DNA of 64,000 bases from the human T2T-CHM13v2.0 reference genome, Homo sapiens, in assembly GCF_009914755.1 (NCBI RefSeq), contig NC_060931.1, one strand, 5' to 3'. The stretch's first letter is position 1. Every line of letters starts with the position of its first letter. The notes below the pieces were generated by a model. That model did no database searches and was not told the DNA's origin. It worked only from the letters and a program-made list of their open reading frames with translations. A program made the position numbers and the translations under genes. Shown here one piece after another: positions 1 to 12,775 of this stretch.

Positions 1-92
1 CTTCCAGCCTCCAAAACCATGAGAAATAAATTTCTGCTATTTCAGCTGCCCAGTCTGTGGAATTTCATTATGGCAGCCCTAGTAAACTAATT
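1..92 (+). mobile_element. MaLR (MLT1-type) LTR, 3' end
   Basis: cttccagcctccaaaaccatgagaaataaatttctg...cagtctgtgg...ttatggcagccctagtaaactaat matches the typical MLT1 LTR terminus including AATAAA. Confidence 0.8.
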
Positions 93-1039
93 CTCATCTT
101 CCCAAAGTTCTCTTTTATACACTGTTTTTACCCCTTTCGTATGAAGTAATTATTTTCTCTTCACCTGGGGGCCATAGTACAATTAAAATACTATTTATGA
201 TGTAATTTTTCAAGTCTCCAAGTGTCCAATGTGGAGCAGGCATTATGCCTTTAATTTAACCCAGCCCTTAATTCTATATGCTGTAGAGTCTAATGCTTTG
301 ATTTTTGTAGTGTGCTGAAAGTTCAAGTGCATCCTGTTGAAATTCTCAGCAGCAGAGAATAAATTTAGCAAAATAAAAATGTTTTACTGAATTAAATTCA
401 TGGTACTTGCACAGCCTGAGAACACACTCCCAAAGATCTCAATAATATTTCACTGTTTTGTTAGGCTACGAACTTTCCCAGTATGAACTTTTGACCAGAT
501 TATTCTAATGCCTGTATTGATCAAAAACATTAAATATTATGTCTTTCTCGCTCAATTAAGTGAAATGTAGGCGCATAAAAAGTAGCTGAATCCAGTATTG
601 GAGAATTTGTTTTTATCTATTTTACAAAATTACGGGTACTTTGTACTTCCAAAGTCTGATACTGTACATTAACAATTGATCATTTCATATGAAAAAAATC
701 CCTTATGTCAAGACAAACTCTGGTAATTTTTTTCATCTTTGCAATTAAGTCACCAGAATTCTAGTTTCCTGTGGCATTCGCCATCCTGCATTCCAAACAT
801 TTCGAAGCATACAACTAGATAATTAAAAAGCTGTTACCCTTTCAATTGCCAACCACCATTTGTGGCAATTCTGCCCATTATCAGGCTGGTATATTTTGGG
901 GGCATGTAAATCGGTATGGATTGAATGAAGGTTGCCAGACGCTGGTTTTTACTGTTTAGGAACATACACAAAACGTCACCAGCCTGGCATCTAACAGGAT
1001 AAAACATATGAGTAATGTTGCACGCCTCACTTGTGTCGG

Positions 1040-1145
1040 GTACATGCTATGAGACTTTCCAATACCATCACATTTTCCCCTTCCCAAAACCTTCTGAAGT
1101 AGATATTTTAATCCTCAGTTTAGAGAAGAAATTGAGGCTTTGATT
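1040..1145 (-). mobile_element. MIR fragment
   Basis: aagtagatattttaatcctcagtttagagaagaaattgaggct resembles the antisense MIR core. Confidence 0.55.
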
Positions 1146-2409
1146 AGACTAAAGTATTTATCAAATGGTTATCTACCGCTATCTCAAGAGCAGTTCCTCT
1201 AGAGTCATTTAGACCAACTGAGTCATGTCTGTCTCTTGCAAATACTTGGTAATCCACTGTGCTTGCACTGTTCTTTGTGACATTTGTGGTCACTGTGAGC
1301 ACTGAGATAAAAGTTTCAATAGCAAGTGGCCATACTACAGAAGAAATTCTTATATAATGAGGCATTTGGCCAGAAAAAGTGTCAGACGGACCATGAGTCA
1401 GCAGTTTTTTCCCCCCATCACACAATCAGAGTTCACTCAATTGGGTTCCTCTTAAAATTGTGTCCTCACTGACATTATTACACAATTTCCAAGTAAAAAC
1501 AGTTATGTTGAGTTATGTGATGTTTTCTGAAGAAATTGACTGAATTTTATAAATCTGACTAACACATAGGGGAAATGCCTATGTTATGGTTTAGGGTTTA
1601 TAAAAACAGTATTTAGAACCCCTATGCTAGGCACTATGCTAAGTGATTTCACAGTTATTAGGGCAGAGGGGCAGAATAGGTTAAGTTGTTTAATAAGTAA
1701 GTCTTACAGAAGAGTGGATTATAATGCGTAAATTCACCATATCATTGCTTTACTGGCACATTCCTTTCTTATTCTCTTTTACAACTCAAAAGAGAATCAT
1801 ACAAGATTCAGTTGCTTGCCATTCCTTTTTGACTAGACAAAAAGCAAAGAAATAAAGGAAGGCATTTGCTGGTGCTAAGAAAGCCTCCTTTAGGAAAGCT
1901 GAAAGGGGCTGTAATTAGTTCCCAAATACCATCTTGAATTCACTGTGCATTATTTTTCACACACAAAATTGAGCATTGGAGACCAAAGGACATGGAATGT
2001 AAAATGATGCCGCTAAACTCCATTTAGAAGTAGTTGTAATGCAATTTCCAGTTGCTGGATTGATTTTATCTGCTAATCTTGAAAAGAAATTGAACCCTGA
2101 AATATCACTAATATTTCCTAACTCTTGTTACAAATTGACAGTGATTGATTTTGAGTAATTATCCTGAAAAATAGATTAAAAATATTCTTCTAGATTATAG
2201 GGCAGTCTAGTTCATGTTTTTAATTAGTCCCTTTTTTGAAAGTATGATGGTATAACATTTGAATAGCACAGTGGATTTCTTAAATAACAACTTGACTTTA
2301 CTATGAAAAAAACTATATAAATTAAGAGCCAAGTTTTTAGTAAAAATCCCATTTGTGGATTAAATTCTTCTGGAAGAAAGCAACATAGAATTAAAATAGC
2401 TAGGGTATC

Positions 2410-2556
2410 AAAATCAGGGGGCCTGACATATTCTTGGTTTAGCCGTTAGTTACCTTCGTGAAGGCAGATGACCTTTTTGGCCCTGATTTCCTGAATCTGT
2501 AAAGTGAAGGAATTCAAGGAGAAGATGCTCTCCAAGGCCCTTTCCTCTTCTAACAG
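2410..2556 (+). mobile_element. MIR/MIR3 fragment
   Basis: ccctgatttcctgaatctgtaaagtgaagg...tctccaaggccctttcctcttctaaca resembles the MIR core plus MIR3-type tail. Confidence 0.55.
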
Positions 2557-2729
2557 CCTGTTTTTATGTATTATATAATTCCATCTTACTTAAATTAATG
2601 GTCCATTTTCCATGCAGGCCTCTAAAGTAACATTGGAGAGTGATTAAGGGAAAGTGTAAAGAAAGACTAGCTCATATAGAGGAAATAATTCCTTTATGTT
2701 TCATTGCTTATAGAAAGATGCTCTCAAGA

Positions 2730-2870
2730 GTAGTGCTTCTTAAGCTTAATTTGCATTCACATTGCCTGGAGATCTTGTTAAAATGCTGAGTCTGATGAAG
2801 TTTGGAGAGAGGCCTGAGAATATGCATTGTTAGCACACTCCTGAGTGATGTCCTTCCTGCTGGTTCCAGA
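2730..2870. mobile_element. MER5-type hAT-Charlie non-autonomous DNA transposon
   Basis: cacattgcctggagatcttgttaaaatgc...ggcctgagaatatgcattgttagcacactcctgagtgatg is characteristic MER5 sequence. Confidence 0.7.
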
Positions 2871-3240
2871 AAGATACAAAAATGTAATAAAGCTAAATTG
2901 AGAAAAATATTTCTTCTGGAGAGAAGGAAAAGAGATGCAATTAGTGACATGGACACAGAACTCTTAATAGTGTTAGTAATGTTTTATTTTTATTTTTTAA
3001 GCTGTGGGGTGGTTATGTGACCAGTGTCTTAAATGAAGCAGAAAAAATACACCAATTAGCAATTATTTTAAATACATACAAATATTTAGTTGACAGCACT
3101 GTTGTATTTGAACTATTTTTTTTAAGGCATTGTTGAGAGCCTTCACTTTCTGCACATGTTGAGAAGTTAGAATTTGATGTATCTATAATAATTTTTTTGA
3201 CATCTATTTAGTCAAAACTAACTGTATGCAGTGTATTGGA

Positions 3241-3605
3241 GCCTCCAGCTCCATCCATGTTGTTGCAAAGGATAATGTCATTTTTTATGGCTGTGCAGTA
3301 TTCCCTGGTGTATGTGTTCCACGTTTTTCATCCAGTGTGTTAATGGGCAGCTAGGTTGATTCCATGTCTTTGCGATTGTGAATAGTGCTGCAATGAACAT
3401 GTGTGCGTGTGTCTCTATGATAGAATAATTTTCATTTCTTTGGGTTTATACCCAATAATGGGATTGCTGGGCTGAATGGCGATTTCTCAAAAAACTTTAA
3501 ACAACTACCAAACTGCCTTCCATGAAGCTGAGCTAATTTACATTCCCCACCAGCAGTATATATGCATTCCTTTTTCTCTGTAGCCTCACCAGCATCTGTT
3601 ATTTA
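3241..3605 (-). mobile_element. L1 (L1PB/L1PA-old) ORF2 3' fragment
   Basis: gcctccagctccatccatgttgttgcaaagg...ttgattccatgtctttgcgattgtgaatagtgctgcaatgaac is antisense L1 3' region. Confidence 0.85.
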
Positions 3606-3624
3606 AAAATACATTTTTTTTAAA

Positions 3625-5520
3625 GCATGACAGCAGGTGTTAAAACTTTCTATGGAGGAAAACAAAGCAGGAAAAGAGGATGCAACATTTTGGGAGATTA
3701 GTTGTACTTTCTCAGGGAAGAAAGGCCTCACTGAAAATTTGACATGTGATCAAGGACCTAAGGAAGGTGGAGAATGAGCTCTGCAGTTTTATGGGTTGTT
3801 CTGAGCTTTGAAGTACAAATGCCCTTATGCATGTGGTAAGTTCGAAGAACAGGAGAGTCAATGTATCTGGAACACAGCAAGAAAAAACGAGGCAAACATA
3901 CTTCTTAGAAGCTCAGTATGCCATATTAAGGATTTTGGGTTTATACTGAATGAATTGAGCAGCATGGGACATTTTGAGTAGAGGCATCATGTGCTATGAT
4001 TTTTATTTTGAAATGGCCACAGTGGCTCTTCTGTTGAGAATGTACACCAGGAAAGAAAGGTAAGAGTCAGGGAGATAAAGTAGAGCAGATACTGGCAAAC
4101 TCCAGTACTAGGATCTAATCTGGACTGCCTGTTCTGGTAAATGAAGCCTTACTGGGACATGGACATGCTCATTTAATTGCATAGTGTTGATGGCGGTTTT
4201 CACATTGTGGCAGAATTAAGTAGTTGAAACAAAGATCCTGTGGCCTATTGTATCTAAAACAACTGTAGATCTAACTCTAAATACAGAAAACAGTTTGCAC
4301 ATCTCTGAATTAGAAGGCTATAATCCAACTGAGACATAGTGGAGGCCTGTATCCAGTTAGTAGTGGAAGTGATTAGAAATATTTAGATGCTGCATATATT
4401 GAAAGTAGAGCCAACAAACATGCCGAAAGGAAAAGGGGCTAAAAGAATGATCAACTTCACCTGAGCAATGGGAAAGAACCGTCATTTACTTAGTTGAAAG
4501 ATTGTGGGAAGAGCACATTTAGAGATTCAGATCATGAGTTTGGTCTTCAGACACCTAACACATCCAACAAATAGGTACAGTAGACAGTTGCACATTTAAG
4601 TCTAGAGTTCAGCAAGAAGACCTTAGCTACTAACGTAAATTTGGGAGGTTTTGGCATGTAGGTGGTATTACACAGCATGGATGAGATCACAGGGCAGTGA
4701 TGCTGGAGAAAGAGGTTCAGAGGTTACACCTGAGGCTTTTCAGATTTTGGAGGTCACGCAGATATGGTAAAATCAGCAAAAGGCAATGATAAAGAGCAGC
4801 TAAATGAGAAAGACCAGGACACATGAAATCTTTGATGCCTCAATAAACAAGGTCAGTCAAGTTAAGTGCTGCAGCTCTTGTAGGTAAGATTGAGAAGAAT
4901 TTACCGGCCAGCTTAGAACAATGTGGAGATCATCGATAACCTTGAGGAACATCTTAGTGGCATATGGGGTAAAAATCCTGATTGGAATGAATTCAGGAGA
5001 AAATGAAGAAACTGTAGATGGTTCATAAAGAAAATTGGAAGTTTTTCTCTGAAGGAGAGAATAGAAGGTAGCAAAAGGAGGTGGTATTGAGAATTCTTTA
5101 AATTTCTTTTTCACATAGGAGAAATAGCAGGATGCTTGTATGCTATTGAACAATTTGGTCAGGAGGGGAAAAGGATAATACCCAAAAGAAAAAAAAATTA
5201 AAAGTGCTGTGTTTGAGCAAGTGCACGAGTGGAAGTGATGTCCTTCAATGAGAACACAGGTTGTTCAATCAAAGCAAGAGAAGTAAAAGCAGAATATATA
5301 GGCAATGTAGAAACAGGTGAGTAGATAGGAGTGTAGCAGCTGGGGACAGTCTTCTGATTACTTTTTAAAAATTTTTCTTCTTTGTTTTTAGCATAAGAAG
5401 CAAAGTCAAACTGAGGGGAAAGAGGTCTTGGAGGTATGAGAGGAGACTAGAGGGTACGCAATATCCATTAAGAGAGGAGGCAAGTGAATAGGGGAATATA
5501 GAATTTCTGCGTAATACCTT
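3625..5520 (-). mobile_element. LINE-2 (L2), long degenerate fragment interrupted by MER58
   Basis: Purine-rich antisense L2 motifs such as ggcctcactgaaaatttgacat, gaaagtagagccaaca, aaaatcctgattggaatgaattcaggagaaaatg. Confidence 0.7.
4090..4308. mobile_element. MER58-type hAT DNA transposon
   Basis: ggcaaact...gtaaatgaagccttactgggacatggacatgctcatttaattgcatagtgttgatggc...cagtttgcacatctctg. Confidence 0.7.
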
Positions 5521-5714
5521 GGGCTAAGAGTCACAACAAAGCATACATTAATATACAATGAAAATATTCTAAATATTCAACAAGAGGATAATAGAAAAGG
5601 ATTCTAGAACTTTCAGTAAATGAACTACTGTGAAGTTATCAATTTTCTAGATATGCTTAACATAGGAAAATCTCCATGTGGAATAATATAACTACAATTC
5701 TTTATATTCTATGT

Positions 5715-6368
5715 TGTTACCAGGAAGTGCAGGAATCCTCAATTCTTAGTCTTACTTGGAGAAAGTTCTGCCAAGTGATTTAACCAAAAAAGAGAATTTA
5801 TTGAAGGAAAGTAGAGTGCAGAGAGTTTGCTTAAAGCAACAGTATAACTCTGAAAAGATGAGTCAGAGCCAGGTACTTAAAGGGAGTGGGCCAGCTGCAG
5901 CCCCTGAGAGTTCCGCATTGGGTTTTTATGATGTCAAAATCTTGAAGTTCTTACTTGTGTCTTAAAACTGTTTCTCGATCTAGTTTTTCCACTCCTACAT
6001 TAAGTCTCCTTCCTTTCCCCCATGGACTTCTCAATCCAGGCTTGTGGGACCCTCCCTTACCACTATTAGGGTGCATGTGTGGGTCTCCTGTCAGATACAA
6101 CTAGCACCTGCATTATCCCTTATAACTTTGCCTTTTGCCTCTTGTTCGGCATGTAGCTAGCTCCATTCTGACAGGTTAAGTGCAGAGTGAATGACTATGG
6201 GGCATCTTACTGGGCATTCCTTTCTGCATGGATATTTTCCCTCCTCTTTATTCATGCATATAGTATGCAGGTTTCAGGTGATCTCTGGGCTGCGAGATTT
6301 TTCCAGACCTCCCCTTTCTCAAGGGCTTTCCTCTCCTGCTCATGTCTGGTTCTCTGCCTACTCCAACA
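5715..6368 (-). mobile_element. Solo ERV1 LTR (MER50/MER83-like)
   Basis: TG...CA termini; minus strand begins TGTTGGAGTAGGCAGAGAACCAGACATGAGCAGG; about 650 bp; subfamily from recall only. Confidence 0.7.
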
Positions 6369-6949
6369 TTATGCAATTTCACAAGTGACAGACATGAAGA
6401 CTCCAAAATCACAATCCTGGGAATTGATAAGCCTAGGTTACAAATCCAGTTTGACTGATTTCAAACTGATTTCCAGACCACTTGAGTTTTAAGCATGTTT
6501 AAAACCTCCGAAATTTTTTGAAAAGGTATTACATGGATAAGTATCCTATGTTTTCTAACTGAACAATTGTTTCAACTGTAATGTCTAAGTTCAAAAACAT
6601 TACATTTCTAACGTTCCAGGTCAATCACCCTGAACAGTTTTTGGGCAAACTATTTCTGTCATTCAACACCTTAATTTTGTAAAAACTTTAGCCAGCTCTC
6701 TTAGTTTTTGAAGTGCTCTAATGAAATCTTCATGTAAATCTCCAAAATCACTAACATGCTAATTCATTCTTGAAAATAGTAGTAAGTTTTAGAATTACAG
6801 AAGCTTCTTTGAAGAAAATGGTCTAAAATAACTAAAAGGAATATGTTACTAGATAGAATTATCCAAGTTCTTAACATTTTGAATAAAAAATTAGAACAAA
6901 ATTCACAAAGTAGCAAAAGATAAAAGCAAAGGAGGATAAACACAGCAAC

Positions 6950-7309
6950 AAAAGAACTGAGTAAAGAAAGCACAAACTTATTCAAGATAATTCAGAAGGG
7001 GAGAAAGCGCAAGAAAACAGCTCTAAGAGCTCCCGACTGCATTGCTCCTCAGGGTTTTTATAAAGCCAAAAGAACTGGCAACAAGTGCCCTTTAGAGGCC
7101 TCCAAATGGTTACACCCTATGACCAATCAGAGGCTGAAGTGGATGCTTGGCTCACATTCAATTAGAGGCTGAAGTGGAAACTTCTGTCTCCTTATCACAG
7201 GCACGAGGTTGTGGCCTGTATGCGACCATTCTTGCCAAGAACTGGCTGCACCTGCTGTTGTTTAGTTTCTCCCTTAACCCCCATTTATACGAATTCCCTA
7301 TTCTGCCTC
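6950..7309 (-). mobile_element. ERV1 LTR fragment (MER51/LTR36-like)
   Basis: Minus strand begins TGAGGCAGAATAGGG; duplicated accaatcagaggctgaagtgg CCAAT motif typical of the MER51 group. Confidence 0.65.
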
Positions 7310-7479
7310 AGAATGAATTTCTGGCATAAATGAATCAAGAAACAAAACCCAAATTTGGTACAGTTTGCTCCTCTATGATAATCTCTTCAGGCAAACATAG
7401 TTTAAGTTTCAGATTGTATCCAAAGACTTTTTAGGTTTTTTCCACATGTGAGACTTACCCCTGATCTCTAACAGCTGAC

Positions 7480-7650
7480 AATTAGATGATCTTACCTTGT
7501 CCCATGACCATTAATATTTTCTTATACGTTAATGACTTCCAAATTTATATCTTCTATCCAGTTCTCTTCTTTTGCGCTCCAGTCAGGCACATTTATCTGT
7601 CTTGTTGACGTCTCCCTTAGGTTAATTCAAGCATAATATAGTCAAAACAG
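7480..7650 (+). mobile_element. L2 fragment upstream of the RPL9 pseudogene insertion
   Basis: aatgacttccaaatttatatc...ctccagtcaggcacatttatctgtcttgttgacgtctcc is L2-like and resumes after 8430. Confidence 0.6.
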
Positions 7651-7659
7651 ATCATCTGA

Positions 7660-8416
7660 GAGTTTTGCCACATCTGCAAGAATAACGATCATACTCAGTA
7701 ATCAGACTGCTGGCATTCCGGAGAATGTTGACATCACTCTTAAGGAAGGCCTAGTTATTTTGAAGGGGCCCTGAGAAACTCTGTTGAGGGACTTTAATTA
7801 TGTGAATATAGAACTCGGTCTCTTTGGTGGATGGGGGGAAGAAAGGTAGAGGCTCCAGCTTGACAAATGGCAGGGAAATAGAAAGAAACTGGCTACAGTG
7901 CACACTATCTGTGGCCATCCACAGAGCTTGATCAACGTGTTACAGTGAGCTTCCATTACAAGAAGAGATCTGTGCATGCTTACTTTCCCATCAATGTCAT
8001 TTTTCAGGAGAATGGGTCTCTTGTTGAAATTCAAAATTTCTTAGTGAAAAATGCATCCACAAGGTTCAGGTGAGGCTGGGTGTTGCTTGTTTAATATCTC
8101 AAACCCAGAAAAATGAGTTAATTCTGGAAGAAAATGACATTGAACTTATATCAAAGTCTGTTGCTTTGATTCAGCAAGCCACAACAGTTAAAAACAGAAA
8201 TCAGGAAAATTGTGGATGGTATCTACATCTTTGAAAAAGGAACAGTTTAGCCCCCTGAGAAGTAAAGCCTAAAAGTTGTCCAGCTTAGGAAACAAAATGC
8301 TGATTCCTCAAATCCATTTATGACGTTTTAAAGATTTAACAAAAACCCTCTACTGAAAAAGAAAACAAACAACAACAACAACAAAAACACACACACAAAA
8401 AACCAAGCAACCAACT
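7660..8416 (+). pseudogene. RPL9: Processed pseudogene of 60S ribosomal protein L9 (uL6)
   Basis: Manual translation from 7682 gives [48 protein letters not shown] versus RPL9 [49 protein letters not shown]. Later blocks [64 protein letters not shown] and [11 protein letters not shown] also match. Intronless, ATG>ATA, TGA at 7772, frameshifts, end of former CDS at 8265, A-rich tail about 8356-8416. Confidence 0.95.
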
Positions 8417-8431
8417 AATCAGACTATCTGA

Positions 8432-9256
8432 ATTACAGCTCTCCCCTCAAGTTATTTCCCATTTTTATAATGTCACCATCATTTGCTCGAGCCAAGAACC
8501 ATCTTTAATTCCTCTCTTTCTCTGAAACCATATGTACTCAATGAACAAGTTTTCCAGGACTTTTTCCAAAATACATGTAAATTCAGTCCTTTGCTCCCTT
8601 GCAGTTCTCTAGTCCAAGCTCCAATGATCTTCAGCTTGTTTTATTATAACAGTCTTCTAAATAGTCTGAATATTTTTCCAGTTCCTCTAATTAATCCACA
8701 AAAAAAATTTTTTTTGAAAGATCATTCAGATAACATCACTTTCCCATTTAAAACCTCTCAATGCTTATTGTCATGTTAATATAAAATGGAAGCTCACTAT
8801 TCTGGTCTATAAGATACTACATGATTTGGATTCTGTCTGGATTTCTACCTATCACTCTACCCCCTGGCTTTTTCTTCAGTTGCACTGTTCTTTGTGTTCT
8901 TGGAAGACACTAAGATTTTCCAGCCTTAGATTCTTTGTATCCACTCTCACCACTGCCTAGACCACTTCCCATGGTTCTTATATTTCAGATCTCCTATGAA
9001 ATGTCACACACTGGGAGAGTTGTTTCTTGACCATTCTATCTAGGATAGATTTTCCACCTCTGAATGTATGTTTTCTCTACCAAAACATCTGCTTATTTCT
9101 CCTATGGAACCTAACACAATCTTTAGGTATTTTTTTATCCATGTGTTTCTTTATTTTGTGTCTAATTTTTCATAGGTTTTTTACTGCAACGCCAGTGCCT
9201 ATCACCTATCGCGTTCTTAATTTTTGAATGAATGGATAAATGAATAAATGAATTAA
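8432..9256 (+). mobile_element. L2 3' region with terminal (TGAA)n-like tail
   Basis: Pyrimidine-rich L2 3' motifs ending tgaatgaatggataaatgaataaatgaatt. Confidence 0.75.
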
Positions 9257-9679
9257 TGTACCATTTTCACTCATCGCAGAAGTGATAGTTCATTTTCATA
9301 GTTTATAAATTCATTAGTTTCCACGCACAGTCAATTGATATTTAGATTACAGGCGATAATTGTCTTCTTAACACTTCTTGACTCCCCATTTTTAGGTTGT
9401 AAGGATTCTGTTTTGGTCAACTTCTACAGCTATTTGGTACATCATCTTTTTTCTTTTGCCTTCTTTCTTTATAATTCGAATGGATATGTATAAGGAAACT
9501 ATTTCGCTGAATACCTCCAGCTCTTTCTCATTTTCAGTCAAGCCCAAACCTAGGGGTGGATATTTTCCCTATTTTAACCACCTCTGACCAGTTTTAACAT
9601 TGCATAAATCAAAATACAAATTTACAAAACACAGGATCTCTACATAAATCTGTAGAAGGTAGTAAAAATACGTTTTTAA

Positions 9680-10040
<361 letters not shown>

Positions 10041-11329
10041 CTACACCACAGCCACTCATTAATTTTAGAGAATGCCACTTCCAAACTTTTGGTGATCTTT
10101 AACCTAAATTCCAGAATCTCACAGAAAGATGTAACTGGAGATTATATAATGTCATACCTCAAACATCTGCAATAGAAATTATTAAATTGTCTTTGGAGAT
10201 TCAGTGAATTTATACTTATATAATAAGTTATCCTTTTTTGTCACAGAGAGCATTAGCAATGCATCTTTTAGATTCTGTTTTACAGTCTGCTTGGCCAAAT
10301 GGACATAGCCAGAGCCCACTCTTGCTGGTTTCTATACTGGCCCATATTAACCCAGCTAATGCTTCAACAGAGTAGAAAGCACATTTACTTTCACTGTCTA
10401 ATTTAATGTTCTTTATCCATCAACATGTACTAAAGAATGTTTAATGGAGAGACAGAGCATGGTTAACTAGATAGACCTAACTTTTTACTGAGGTATGCCT
10501 TATAGAGGCTGACACATGTTTTAAAGATGTAGAACAAGGAAAGGAATGTCACAAAAAGTATCAAGTACAAGTACCCTCGCATCTATCTTATTGGTTGAGG
10601 GGGATTGAAGAGTACATGAGGTAAAGAGAAAGACCTATGTCTTTCTAAGTACTTCTAAGAAAATCAGAAAGTCAACATAGCTAATAATCAGAATGTGGGC
10701 GAAATATTACTGAGATAAGGGAAGGAGGAGGCGGCCCTGATCAAGCAGTTTGTTCTTAGGAAAATGAGAAGTCACTGAGAGTATAATAAGGATAATAATC
10801 TTTTTGAAACAGTTCTCAATACTGTCCCACTCACTGATTTTCTTTTTTAAACATCTTGGCTCCAGGGAATGGAAGAGCAAATTGTAAACTCAGAAAACTG
10901 AAAGTAGAAGTAGCCATTCCCGTTGCCAGAAGGGAGCTGGTAGGCAAAGACAGAAAGTGAAGTAGAAAACTTTCCTGTTGGTCCTCTCCTTTATTTTACC
11001 TCAGTCAGCAACATCATAATTCTAGCAATGGAAACAACCAGGTAATTTTTCAGGAGGGTGTTTCTCACTTTCCTAGCTGCATATTAGGAAAATTTAAGTT
11101 TCCTGAGAGGGAATGCCAGTGTAACCCAGGTGGTATGTAAAGCAGTAGCATAAACAGTTGACAAAGGGAAGATTCCCAATTTTCCACAGGTCTTCTAGTT
11201 TTCCTTTAAGCTTCGAGAAGGTCGTGGAAGATAATTGGGATATGATCGGGCTTGCCACCTCACGCCAAGGTCTATACAGTTAGGTAAAAGAGCCCCATAG
11301 AGAAAGGGAAAAAAGAAGTTCAGTTAGGC

Positions 11330-11895
11330 CTCTGACAGTATCTGCAGAGCCACGAGGCTGCAGAGAAGGTTCCCAGCTGAGTGTCTGAAGGCACTGAATG
11401 CTCCCACAGCAGAGTAATATCCTACCTAGCAACACCAGGTAAGAGCCAAACCAGGTGAGCCAGACCAGGTAAGAGCATTTATAAGAGCCAGATAAAATGA
11501 AAAACAGGCCCCAGGTTTCCCTTGCAATAGACATCAGCAGCTGTTGACAGTTAGTGCAAGGGGTTTTACACTGGGGCCCAGGAGATTTCACAAAAACTTT
11601 CAAAAAAATTAATGTCAGAGGAATGAATAATGCAATCTCTGCAGAGCGTGTAGTACAAGAAAAGGGGTCAGGTGCAGTGGCTCATGCCTTTAATCCCATC
11701 AATTTGGGAGGCAGAGGTGGGCAGATCATGTGAGGCCAGGAGTTCAAGACCAGCCTGGCCAACATAGAGAAACCTCCATCTCTATGAAAACTACAAAAAA
11801 ATTAGCCACGTGTGGTGACTCATGCCTGTAATCCAAGCAACTTGGGAGGCTGAGGCAGGAGAATCTGAGCTGGGAGTTGGAGGTTGCAGTGAGCC
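11330..11895 (+). repeat. Left arm of local inverted duplication (partner 12776-13325)
   Basis: Aligns by eye to the reverse complement of 12776-13325, covering non-Alu flank and Alu 5' part. Confidence 0.92.
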
Positions 11896-11983
11896 AAGAT
11901 CCATCCCACCATTGCACTCCAGCCTGAGTGACAGAGGGAGACTCTCAATTGAAAAAGAAAAAAAAAAGAAAGAAAAAGAAAAA
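11666..11983 (+). mobile_element. Alu (old S/J type), full length
   Basis: Dimeric Alu with A-rich tail; TSD-like aagaaaagg / aagaaaaagg. Confidence 0.95.
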
Positions 11984-11984
11984 G

Positions 11985-12400
11985 GAGGCATAGGACAGAA
12001 CTCCGAGTTTTGGAGGAAGGTTCCAAAAGAAAATAACATTCTGAGTAAGGAATGTTCGATTGCATTGACTGAAAATTTCCACTGGACTTGAAATTGGAAA
12101 ACATTAGTGACCTAAATATAGACAGATTTTGTGAAGAGGAGAACTGAAGAGAGAGTGAAGTAGCTGTTGAGTAAATGAGAGAGTAAAGGATAGATGAGGA
12201 ATAGAGGCAACAACTATAGGCCTTTCAAGAAATTCAACAGTGAATGGGAGAGAAAGTAGGTGATTCTTGAAGTAGAGTGAGAGAAGGTTGTCTTTTGTTT
12301 GTTAAATAATTTCTTTGTTTGTTTTGAGGAAGAGTCCTGAGCATATTTAGTTGTATGAGGGAAGGAATCAGAACACAGAGAGAATAGATAATACTCCATG
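11985..12400 (-). mobile_element. L2 fragment
   Basis: actgaaaatttccactggacttgaaattggaaaacattagtgacc...ctttcaagaaattcaacagtgaatgggagagaaag antisense L2 motifs. Confidence 0.55.
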
Positions 12401-12775
12401 TGGGCCCCCCAAAAAAAAGAGCAGCAGGAAAGGCATTGTGGCTTCCATTTTACAAATAAGAAAACTAAGACTTAGATTTAGTGGTTTGCTGAAGGTCAGG
12501 AACTGTTGATGTATTTGAACAAGAAGAAAGCCTTTTTTGTTTATGTGTTCCAATTCTTCTTTCAATGTATTTAATATCCTCATTTGCATTAGGACACTGC
12601 TGGATGTTGAGATTGGTTAAATGACCTGTAACATTTCATCTCATTGCATTGAATTCACAGACTACTAAGAATTGTGGAGTCCCTGAGTGATCAGTACATG
12701 AGGTTCTTGTGAGATCACTGCATGTGAGGTAGCTGGGTTTGTAACTCCTACTACTGTTTGTGAATTTTTTGGTGC

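Noticed and set aside
844-870. Small hairpin aattgcca...tggcaatt
   Set aside because: An 8-bp stem is expected by chance in 64 kb.
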